A stretch of DNA of 63,803 nucleotides, the filler included, from Dicyema japonicum (taxonomy: Eukaryota > Animalia > Dicyemida), in the NCBI GenBank assembly GCA_011109175.1. It is 6 parts of 6 records of this genome, joined end to end, with 100 filler letters (N's around TTAATTAATTAA, not from the genome) between each part and the next. Parts side by side here need not be neighbours in the genome. Positions count along the whole stretch, not along the records: positions 41,554 to 55,077 come from RDEW01000021.1; positions 55,178 to 63,803 come from RDEW01000193.1; 4 more parts are not named here. One strand, written 5' to 3'. Numbering within the stretch: the first letter of the stretch is position 1; every line of letters begins with the position of its first letter. Position numbers and translations under genes: made by a program. Positions 50,277 to 61,364 of this stretch are shown here, piece by piece. The notes under the pieces are model-generated. The model did no database searches. It was not told where the DNA came from and was given only the letters and a program-made list of their open reading frames with translations.

Positions 50277-50399
50277 CAAAATTAGGTTAATTTATAATTT
50301 ATTATATTTTAGGTTATCCAAGCATATTTACAGCAATGGTCATAGATTCAAATCCTCCTCAACTAATTGGTCCAGGAATCTCTTCATAAGCCCTCTTTT

Positions 50400-51800
50400 T
50401 TCTTTTTTTAATTAACGTCGTGCCATGCGATCCATTTGACTCAGAAGGTGTCCAATCAATCAAAAGGATCATTTGCTCTCCATTAGATCATTTCTTCGAG
50501 GGTTCCTCACAACTGTGGTTTAGCGCTTGGAAGTAGTTGTCTTTTGATTACTTTGATGGTGGGAACTGGATGCTGTTAATTATCACCAACGCAGACGTGC
50601 AGACTATCACAATAATTTCAACTAAAATTCGAGCGAAAGGAACATTACTCTAACAACTGGATATTCTTTATTTCGAAACCATTTTATTTTGATGGAGATC
50701 AAATGATCCCTTTTAAACCATCCTGACACGTGATGTTACCTGAGACAGGAAAATAATANTTTGCTCTCCATTAGATCATTTCTTCGAGGGTTCCTCACAA
50801 CTGTGGTTTAGCGCTTGGAAGTAGTTGTCTTTTGATTACTTTGATGGTGGGAACTGGATGCGCTTAATTATCATCAACGCAGAAGAAACAGACTATCACA
50901 ATCATTTCAACTAAAATTCGAGCAAAAGGAACATTACTCTAACAACTGGATATTCTTTATCTCGAAACCATTTTATTTTGATGGAGATCAAATGATCCCT
51001 TTTAAACTATCCTGACACGTGATGTTACCTGAGACAAGAAAATAATATGACCATTTGTAGAATCATAGTAATAAGCACCTTCAGTGAACCATAGCCCACA
51101 TTCGCAACACAAGAGACAATGCCAGTTTTTTTTAAGCTTCTCTTGTTAGTGATCCCATAGAGTCTAGGTCGTACACTCCCTTGTGTCAGATCAAAGGTCA
51201 GTACCACCAAAATGTATGATGTCAACTAATATTTTTGTTTAGTTTCATGGTGGGTAATAGCCCATGTTATTTGAAATATGGAAGGTGGCAGACTCAAAAA
51301 CGGAACTATTGGCTACAAATCTATATTAAAATCTCGTCCGACCAAAGATTAAAAAACTCGGGGGATCATCAGTCAGGACTGCACGTATGGATGATACGGG
51401 ATTAAAGAATTGAAAGGAAAGAAAGAGTCAACTAAGTGATCGTAGACCAACAAGGTGGAGGACGAGACCGACGTTGACTGGCATTCTGTATTACCCTTTT
51501 TATTGGATTACCCTTTTCATCAAATACCATTTCGCATTTGAGAAGAATTTGTCTAAGGGACTGCCTTGTATGGTGGTTACTTTCAATGAGTTCCGTTGTC
51601 TTTCAACAAAAAACTCGAAACTTGCTCTAACAAATTTGTTAGCAGTTTCTTTAACTATCCACTTTCCACTATCACAGAAACAGAGTCCTTCAACGTCACA
51701 CAAGTTCATCCAGAACCAGCATAAAAGGTAGACGTCCATTCCTTGCAGTTGTGAGAATTTCTCAAGTGGAATGGGGGAGCAAATGGTAATGTCACAACCT
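50400..51800 (-). CDS. Possible unidentified Cys-containing secreted or membrane protein gene
   Basis: Open, Cys-rich segments (CDQPPSGCDITIC; LCDVEGLCFCDSG) separated by short spacers; exon structure unresolved. Confidence 0.25.
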
Positions 51801-53420
51801 GATGGAGGTTGATCACATACGACACTTTATTGGATAAAGGAAGAAGAGCAACAGAAGAAACAAATAGAAATATTAAATCAATTAGTCACATGGCACCGCA
51901 CTAATGTTGAAACCACGTGCCTTTATCCTTTACTAATAATGTTGGAAATAATACTAACAAAAAGTATAAGTTTCAGAATTTCCAATTTTTTTAATTTTAT
52001 CAGTTCATGACATATGTGAATCGATCGATAAAGAGGTTTATCTTTGTAGTGGGAAAAATGTACGGTTTTTTGGATTAGGAAGAATAGGGAGAGAATTAAT
52101 ATTGTTAATATGGGTCAAATCAAAATCCTGGGTTGTCTGAAGAGGTGGAAACTTTTTAAAACCTAAAAATATAGTGAAGGAAAGAACAGCCAATTTGGGA
52201 TCCCAATTGTCATAAAACATCATTTAATCACGTGTTCTTAGCACTCCCACCAGTTTTTAAAGTTAGTTAGTTAAATTCCCCTGTATCTGAGCGGCTAACG
52301 GCTAAAAAATAAGTGGTAGTGAATGCTAGTAGCTCACATAGATCGATCACTTTCGGCTTCTGGACATTTGAAAAAGTGATTTGCTGTTGAGTCAGAAAGA
52401 TTGCGAACAAGAGAGGACACTTTTCGTATCACTTACTGTATATCCGTATATTAATGGAGAGGAATAGTGTACACAAGGTAGAGGAGCAAGATTTCCTAGA
52501 CTTCCTTCGAAAGAAAATTCTATTAGATCAGGGGTCAACGTAGTATTCTGTTATAATCGAGTATTGGACGACCAATGTGGAAGAAAAATCCAATTTCTGT
52601 TTCAAANCCAGATTTCCTAGACCTCCTTCGAAAGAAAATTCTATTAGATCAGGGGTCAACGTAGTATTCTGTTATAATCGAGTATTGGACGACCAATGTG
52701 GAAGAAAAATCCAATATCTGTTTCAAACAACCTCGATCTTAAGACATGAAGGATGACGTTCGAGACAGGTCATTAATCCAAGACCACTATTAAAAACCAA
52801 GAACTAAATAATCTCAGCATACTCTAATAGTGGACTCAGCATGACACGGTGATCTTCTCTTGTATTAGTCACTCCAGAGTTGTCAGCATTGGACCATACT
52901 CACCTGGAAATCCACTGTTCCGTTAATTTGTCTGATCTTTCTGCCGCTGGAATTTTATTGGAATTGGTCCAAGAGATAAATGGGCCCCAGGAAGTACATG
53001 TATAGGAGATGCATGTCTCGATGTACTGTTTGTATAAACAATTCAAAACTGGATAGTTTCTTAAGGTTTTTCGAAGGTTGGAAACTGTTGATTTTTAAAA
53101 AGTTAATAAATTAATGTAAAATATTAAAGTAATAATTTAAATTTAAATCCNTTCTCACCTGGACATCCACTGTTCCGTTAATTTGTCTGATCTTTCTGCC
53201 GCTGGAATTTTATTGGAATTGGTCCAAGAAATAAATGGGCCCCAGGAAGTACATGTATAGGAGATCATGTCTCGATGTACTGTTTGTATAAACAATTCAA
53301 AACTGGATAGTTTCTTAAAGTTTTTCGAAGATTTGAAACTGTTGATTTTTAAAAAGTTAATAAATTAATGTAAAATATTAAAGTAATAATTTAAATTTAA
53401 ATCCACTCGTTTGTTGCCTT

Positions 53421-54051
53421 ATGGGATCTACTTTGTCATCTCGTCTAAGTGAGCCAGAAATTGAAGATTTAAGCACCGAAACTGGCTGTATTTTTAAATG
53501 TAAATTTGACAGTCAGTAAAAAACAAATACTAAGGCTTTACAACAGGTTTATTATACTGGATAAGTCCGGTCACGGTTTCCTAAGGTAAACATGTGTCTC
53601 AGAAATCCAGCCCAGAGGACTTCCACAAAATTCCAGAATTGGAGATAAATCCCATTCGGGACAGAATAATCAACCTCTTTTTCAAAGAGAACGACAAATT
53701 CATAAACTTCAGACAATTCCTTCGAACACTTTCCGTGTTCAGACCAGTCAACGGGCACGAGGGCTGCGATCGGGTGGCAAAACTGAAATGTATCTATTTT
53801 TCGCAATTCCAGTTGCTTACTCAATCTACGACATCGAGGAGAATGGAGTGATAACGATGAACGACATCCTCCAAGTTCTGCGAATGATGGTGGGACAGAA
53901 TATGTCTGAGGAACAACTGATGAGTATTGCCACGAGGACCACCATGGAGTCCGACTATGACAAGGATGGAGTCATCACTTTTGAGGAGTTCACTAATGCT
54001 ATGGCTAATTTGGATGTGGAGAAGAAAATGAGTGTTCGTTTTGTCGATTGA
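53421..54051 (+). CDS. CHP1: Calcineurin B homologous protein 1
   Basis: MGSTLSS (myristoylation-type start), PELEINPIRDRII, QVLRMMVGQNMSEEQL, DVEKKMSVRF; introns 53488-53512 (25 nt), 53586-53610 (25 nt), 53790-53812 (23 nt). Confidence 0.95.
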
Positions 54052-54500
54052 TTTGCTTTAATATTTAAATTATACCTTTTCCTAAAGCTATAGACAAATG
54101 TCTCCCTACAAGTTTCAATTTTAGGGTAAACTGGATTCAAACTGGTCGTCCGACTCACTTCAAATTTTGGTTTCATATGTTTTTGCAGGGCGTTATTTCT
54201 GGGATTTACCGGTTAAGGAGTGCTTTCGTCAGTTAAGAATCGATATTCAGGGGACAGAGGTCACAGCCTTAACAGATTGGGTAATACATGGACGGTGAAC
54301 TATAGAAAGATCATATAAGTTTTATAATTGTCATTATTAAGTAAAGATTTGGATAATAAGTGTCAATTTTGATGTCTCTGGTAGAGTTATGCTAAGATAT
54401 CCTTTCATATTCGTTATCCTATAGCGACTAGGAATTACTTAGGAACTTTCACGTGAACAATTTTCTCATCGAACCGGATAGTTGAGTAGAGAAGCTTATT

Positions 54501-54650
54501 AACAGCATTTTTACGCAAAGCCATATTAGTTATAGCTTCTCCCAGGCAGGACGCACGCTTTATTTAATAAAGAGCAGTTATCATAACTAATCGGTGGAGG
54601 GAACCAAGGAATGCTCTTCACTTCTTTTTTTATTTTTGTTGGGTGTGAGT
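54501..54650 (-). mobile_element. 3' half of the tRNA-derived SINE, abutting a hAT end
   Basis: Matches the SINE tail (AAGAAGTGAAGAGCATTCCTTGGTTC...AAATAAAGCGTGCGTCCTGCCTG). Confidence 0.7.
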
Positions 54651-55077
54651 CAGGGTTGATAGATTTAAATTATTTGATTTTAATCAAAAAATCATTTAAA
54701 TTTTTTTAATGTCTGAAAGAAAGCGTGATGCCCTCTGGTTTCACTTCGATGAACGCATTATTTCTGGAAAGACCGGGAGTCGAGCCAGATGCCGTAATTG
54801 AGGAAGGAGGTACAATGTCTCGGATGAGGCAGCATCATTTGCTATGTTGAAATAATATTGATATCCCTGAAAATTCGTAGAATCCTGAAAGTGATTTGAT
54901 CAGCGAATTTTTCCCAAGGATGAGAGACCAGTCTTTAATCAATTTCGTTACAACGACGACGTCATCGAAGAAAAATTTGATTGATGCGCAACTCGCTAAA
55001 TACATATATTCCAGTAATACTCCTTTTGCTGCCGTCGGCACATTATCTCAACCTTATCTCAAAAGATGTCGAAGTAG
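54651..55077 (+). mobile_element. hAT element left end with BED-finger remnant
   Basis: Terminus CAGGGTTG; KRDALWFHF...GKTGSRARC; IDAQLAKYIYSSNTPF. Confidence 0.65.
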
Positions 55078-55177
55078 NNNNNNNNNNNNNNNNNNNNNNN
55101 NNNNNNNNNNNNNNNNNNNNNTTAATTAATTAANNNNNNNNNNNNNNNNNNNNNNNNNNNNNNNNNNNNNNNNNNNN

Positions 55178-56350
55178 ATCGGTGATTTATTACATTGCTT
55201 GTGGAAACTCGCATTGTAATTGGGGCTTTTTACGGAGAAGAGACATACGGTGTCTCATGAGAGTGCCCCGATATAGACGACCCCAAATCTTGGCTTTCCT
55301 CTTTAGTTAATGGCTCTTACCTTGTTTAGTTAGTTGGGGTTTTGCGAATAAATCATGTTATCTGTTATCTGTAAGCAATAAATTTTGGCACTTTGGACTT
55401 CTTGATAGGTTGTCAAAAGCATAAATTGGGAAAACTGCGTTATTATGGATAAAAAACTTTCTTTCAAAAAGAAAGTCATATATACGTGTTGGAAATTTAA
55501 TTTCAAAGAAAATTGAATTGCGAAGAGGAGTTCCACAGGGTTCAATACTCAGCCCGCTACTCTTCAATTGCGTAATGAGAGATTTGCCGAAAACAGAGAG
55601 CGTAAATAGTCAAATGATTATTTATGCTGATGACATTCTTGTGCTTGATTCAAGCATGAATAAACAAATTTCATGGAAAAGGGTGGAATCCCATATTACT
55701 AAGATTGGAAAGTGGTGCCAAAACAATGGGTTGACTCTATCGAGGGAAAAAACAACAGTCACTTGGATTGCAAGTAAAAGAAAAAATATTAATTAATTTG
55801 TGAATACTGGGGATATAAAAATCTCTGAAACATTGAACTATCTCGGATTGTTGATAGATCGAAGAGGATTTTTCAAGGAACATATTAAAACACGAAGAAA
55901 GAAAGCTACAGGAATGTTGAAATCTTTAATTCGATTTCATTTGGAGCCTGAAACTTTTCTTTTTGTGTATTCGGCGTGTGTTGAACCATTCATGATATAT
56001 GGTTATCAAGGATGGTTTAGAATAAAAGAAAGTGATGTCTTTGTCAAAAATTGGAAAAGTCCAGAAGATTTGCGATTAAATTGGCATATGGACTGGACTT
56101 AAAATCCAATATCGAAGAGGATTACGACCTGAAAGTCAGAAAGATAGAAAAATTATTACATCACTTATGGAAAATGTGATGTAATTTTTGGGGTCCAAAC
56201 GAAGTAGAGACATGTGGTGTCTCATAAAATGACCCTACACGATGAATACAAACCCACTTAATTAGTTTTGGTTCAGGTTTTGGTTTCTTTGCAGTAATTA
56301 GTTTTGGGGTTTGTTAGAAAATAAAATTTGTCTTGTCTTGTCTAAGCAAT
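55178..56350 (+). mobile_element. Two LINE 3' ends: tail of one copy plus a 5'-truncated RT copy
   Basis: GVPQGSILSPLLFN, IYADDIL, LNYLG, FHLEPETFLFVYSACVEP (same family as 34340); 3' UTR hairpins at 55240 and 56207. Confidence 0.85.
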
Positions 56351-56466
56351 AAATTTGATTTTACACCATTCTGATTTATTTTTTTTTGATTTTACACCAT
56401 TCTGATTTTAATTTCTACCGTTCTACAGTAATTTCTACAGTTCTACAGTAAAGTTCTACAGAATAA

Positions 56467-59400
56467 ATGGTTAAGAAAACAAACACCAAGATACCTGTAT
56501 TAAATCCAGTCAAAAGCACTAAAGTGAAGATCTTTTCTCGCCCTACGGGAAGTGCTACTTCTGAATCCTTCTCCCCAGAGAACAAGACTCCGCATAAGGT
56601 TGAATTTGTTAAACTACCGAATATTATTACAAAATACGATTCCAAATATATATCTAAATATACGGATGAACTAGTGAAATTTGATCATTCGGAAAACTAG
56701 ACTATATTAATTACAGTGAATTCTACTGTGAATACAATTAAAATCGCAAATGTTTTACAATACAATGACCAATACGTATCTATGAGAATGAGCCACAGAG
56801 GACCGGGTTCTTTCCGTCTGGACTTCCGAGACAACTCACACATGGCCACCTACATGGAAGCCATAAATGAGACCTGTCCCTTTGGTCTGGACAACCACCA
56901 CTTTAGGGCAATCTCAACCAAACCATCTGAGATTGTCCTGAGGAACCTTCCGTTCTGGGTGAGAAAGGACGACCTGTTGNGACTATATTAGTTACAGTGA
57001 ATTCTACTGTGAATACAATTAAAATCGCAAACGTTTTACAATACAATGACCAATACGGATCTATGAGAATGAGCTACAGAATGAGCCACCGAGCTATTCT
57101 ACCGAAGAAATCGGTTTGGCAAACCAAAGAAGAGATACCAGTAAGAATCAAAGAAAAACTAAAGAAATTATAACAAGACTTAAAAAATTAAGTGATGCAC
57201 AAGGACCTGGTCAAAGAGATCCCAGGCTATCAAAAAGAAATCTGAAATGAAACCTAAAGTTAGTTCTGGTGAATACCCGCTCCTTGGAGAAAAGGCATTA
57301 TGAACTAGCACTACTTTTGAGGACTGCCAAGGCAGATTTCTTGGTAGCCAACGAGACGAAGATTCGAGAAGGAAGGAATTATATTCTGGAAGGATATGAC
57401 TCAGTTGTCATTCCATGGAAAGATGGAGCAGTTGCTGGTATCGGTACCTCAATCTTCTTTCATAAACTATTGGAAACTCGAAACGACTGCATTTTATAGG
57501 CCGACGATTCGGACTTCGTGTATGTCGACGTGCGCTGTGGTGGAACGTGGATAACCGTGGGAGGCCTATATTCTAAGGACAAGGAAACCGAAGTCGATCC
57601 TAGTGGGAGATCTGAACGCCAAGAACAGGACTTATGTATGTTATGTAAACAACAGGGACGGTCAACTACTGGCTGATTTGGTCGGGGAAATTGGAATCGA
57701 AATCTTGACGTCCGAAGAACCTAACCATTTCTCACACTATGGGGGTGATATCTGGGATTGCCCTTAGAGTCTCCACAACTACTAGACCATGTAGACAGGC
57801 CAAGGTTACTCTGTGATATAGGGAGTGACCATATCCCTATGGAGATGACTATATATCTGGAACCGGATATTATTGAAGACATTTTTCTGTATTATGATAC
57901 CTCGTCGGTAGACTGCGAACATTATCGTCATTATTTATCGAAGAGTATGTAATGAACATTAATTATTCCTTTTCTACACATAATGAGTTGAATGTTTTCA
58001 ACCAAGATTTATCCAATACTATTATGATGTATCTGCGATTATATGCAAAGAAGGTTTACTCAAAAATTATTCCGAAAACGATTCTGTCCTTGCCTCCTTC
58101 TATTCGGAGACTTATTCGCGAGAGGAATACTCTGAAGGCGAAGCACAGACGATGTGTGGACATGTGGGACAGTATAACTTTGAAAAATAATATTGATGCT
58201 ATCCAAAAAGTTCTACAGAGAGCTTGGAAGTAGTATTCAGAAAACCAAGTTAGGAAAACAGCCTTGAACGATGTGTGGACATGTGGGACAGTATAACTTT
58301 GAAAAATAATATTGATGCAATCCAAAAAGTTCTACAGAGAGCTTGGAAGTAGTATTCAGAAAACCAAGTTAGGAAAGCAGTTTTGAAAGTGCACTTAAGA
58401 ATCCTTGCTTGTGGAATTGTACTCCAGACTGACTAACAAAAACTTGAGAGCAAAGAACATTGTACTGGCGGATCAAGATGGAAGAACAATTCCCCTGGAA
58501 AGTGTACCGTCAGTATTCAGGAAATAATTAGAAAACATACAGGAGTAGACCCAGTCATTATTATATCTGAAAAATTCTAGTTCTATGGATCTGAATAGTA
58601 TGGTAGAGGAAATAATTAGAAAACATACAGGAGTAGACCCAGTCATTATTATATCTGAAAAATTCTAGTTCTATGGATCTGAATAGTATGGTAGAGGAAA
58701 TCACCTTGTCAGAAGTCAATACTGCTATACGGGAGTGCAAAAACAAGGCTCCTGGATTTGATAGCATTCCGATGACTATGATTAAAGAAGGATCCGATGA
58801 ATTGCTATCTGTTCTACTAAAGATGTATAAAGCGAGTTTCACCCTTCACTATAAAAGCATTCAATTGTAAAGATGATCCCTAAACCTAGAAAGTCGAGAA
58901 AAGATCCTCTTAGTTATATGCATATAAGCATTATATGTTCTACATCGAAGATTATGGAACGGATTATTTTCAAGAAATTGAATCAATATATAGTTTAATT
59001 TTCTACAGAGTTACTAATGGGGTTTAAGGCCCGGAAGATCGTGCGTAAATTGCATTTACTCTCTAAACTATGAGATTGCAAATGCTTTTGAGAAGAGGAG
59101 CCAGTTGAGCCTTGTCTAAGGCTTTCGACAGTGTATGGCACGAGGCCTTATTCTGTCAATTGGTTCGATCAAAAATTTCTAGACAAATGTTCCTATGGTT
59201 GAAGAACCTGTTGACTGTAAGGATATCAAACGTGCTGGTTGGTAGAAGATATTCCGAAAATTGCTTAAAAGAAAAGTGCCGCAGGGGTCTATTCTAAGCC
59301 TTCTATTATTCAACATATTTATGGAAGACTTTCCTTCTCCACAAGACGTTAGGACCAAGCTGATGATATATGCGGATGTCATCTTAATCCTAGACTCATC

Positions 59401-59720
59401 TCTGAAGTCCTACATCTCTGAGCGACGAATCTGGGCTTTTCGACAGAGTTCGGGTTTGGTGCGAGGTATGAATCTATGAACGACTGCATTGTATTGGCCG
59501 ACGATTCGGAATTCTTGTATTTCGACGTGCGATGTGGTGGAACGTGGATAACCGTGGGAGGGCTATATTCTAAGGACAAGGAAANCAAGCTGATGATATA
59601 TGCGGATGACATCTTAATCCTAGACTCATCTCTGAAGGCTTACATCTCTGAGAGACGAATCGGGGCTTTTGTCGACAGAGTTCGGGTTCGGTGCGACGTA
59701 TGAATCTATCCACAGAATCC
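56467..59720 (+). mobile_element. Fragmented near-full-length LINE (ORF1 remnant plus APE-RT ORF2)
   Basis: ORF1-like 56467-56991; APE NTRSL, ANETK, GDLNAK, IGSDH; RT KAPGFDSIP, SKAFDSVWH, VPQGSILS, IYAD. Confidence 0.85.
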
Positions 59721-59850
59721 AGTTACTTGCGAATATGCAGGCTGGTTCGTTACCTTAGAGAGTCCTATACGCTACGGATACGTAGAGTCTCTTGCCTGAT
59801 ATACCTGGGGATTGCACTGGATGGAATATTGATTTTGATTGATTAAAAAA

Positions 59851-59948
59851 GCAACGGGACATATAATAAAATTGGAACGATACAGAGAAAATTAGCATGG
59901 CCCCTGCGCAAGGATCACACGCAAATTCGTGAAGCGTTCCTCATTTTT
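59851..59948 (+). ncRNA. RNU6: U6 snRNA copy, 5'-truncated with core substitutions (probable pseudogene/retrocopy)
   Basis: ACATATAATAAAATTGGAACGATACAGAGAAAATTAGCATGGCCCCTGCGCAAGGATCACACGCAAATTCGTGAAGCGTTCC..TTTTT matches metazoan U6; only the 3' half of the 5' stem-loop (GCAACGGGAC) is present. Confidence 0.88.
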
Positions 59949-60039
59949 CTTTAAATACAAGACTATCCACGATCAATGAAGAAAATTTGGGATTGATAAT
60001 TGATAATTTTGGATTGATAATTAAACAACCATTGGATTG

Positions 60040-61110
60040 ATAATTATTAAAGGAATCTATTCTAAAAAAATACGAGAGTGTCCATGGATTGTTGACAAAT
60101 TTATGGAAAACAATGAATATCAAATCCTGGTTGGGGACATAAACACTAACATATTGACTATGGTTGTTTCAACCAATCATAATGGAAAATGCCTTGTAAA
60201 GTGGATGAAGTTTGGAGAGTATCTGGAAAATTATCGAAAAAGAAAAAATATATTGTAGCAGGAGAATATGATTATAGGAGTAGAAGAACGCTCTTTGCGT
60301 TAGGAGAAGAATAAGTTAGAAAATAAATTAAAGATGTCTTGGGATACCCTGATGGTCTCACTATTCCAAAAGAAAAAATTCCAAATGTATTATGTCAACA
60401 ATTGTCCAAAATTCAATAGAAGTACAAGATACAAGAATTAATTATAAAGTTACAAGAAGTACAAGATACAAAAAATTGAGATTGCTTTAAAGAGCTAAAA
60501 TCTGCAATTGAAACTTCTTCATGCGTTGTCAAAAACAGAAATTGGGAAAACTTTATGAATATTAAACTTATTTTCACAAAGAAAGTCATATATACGTGTT
60601 GAAAATTTAATTTCGAAGAAAATTGAATTGCGAAGAGGAGTTCCACAGAGTTCAATTCTCATCCCGGAACTCTTCAATTGTGTAATGATAGATTTGCCGA
60701 AAACAGAGAGCGTAAATAGTCAAATGAATATTTATGCTGATGACATTCTTGTGCTTGATTCAAATTCCATGGAAAAGGGTGGAATTCCATATTATTAAGA
60801 TTGGAAAGTGGTGCTAAAACAATGGGTTGACTATATCGAGGGCAAAAACAAAATAAAATCCAATATCGAAGAGGATTACGACCTAAAAGTCAGAAAGATA
60901 TAATAATTATTACATCACTTATGGAAAATGTGATGTAATTTTTGGGTTTGAAACGAAGTAGAGACATGTTGTGTCTCATAAAATGACCCTATACGATGAA
61001 TACAAATCCACTTACTCAGTTTCAGTTCCGGTTTTGGTTTCTTAACAGTAATTAGTTTTAGGTTTTGTTAGAAAATAAAATTTGTCTTGTCTTGTCTAGA
61101 AGTAAGAAAT
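60040..61110 (+). mobile_element. LINE fragments: APE remnant, then a deleted duplicate of 55440-56350
   Basis: LVGDINTN...NHNGKCL; GVPQSS..., IYADDIL; 3' hairpin at 60961-60977. Confidence 0.75.
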
Positions 61111-61364
61111 TTATGTAAAGATACGTAGATAACCAAGAAATTAAAACCGCCAGCCCAAAAAAGGATAATTGGCCCAAGTACGAAGCTTCACCTCCTCCGC
61201 GAGAGTCGGCCTGGCTACGGAAAAAAAAGTTATCAGAAAGTGTTAAAAAAGAGCTAAAGGAAATAGTATCAATACTGAAGGAACTAAGTAACATACTCGG
61301 AGTGGATTTATGCAATATGGTGGATTTGGCCATGGAGTTTCCGGGCCACGAACAAGAAAATTGA

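Noticed and set aside
17410-55133. TTAATTAATTAA islands inside ~100-N gaps (near 17410, 21877, 26583, 41498, 55122)
   Set aside because: An identical six-frame-stop linker centred in gaps is an assembly or annotation artefact; it also implies contig adjacency across those gaps is uncertain.
25631-58680. Many near-identical 80-290-bp tandem duplications (in Tc1, MFAP1, TBC1D24-like, IQCG, tRNA-Ser, near NSUN4, 46.7 kb, 47.3 kb, 48.1 kb, 50.5 kb, 52.5-53.3 kb, 56.7 kb, 58.2-58.6 kb)
   Set aside because: Often joined by a single N and differing by a few SNPs, typical of unmerged haplotype overlaps in scaffolding; not treated as exon duplications or repeats.
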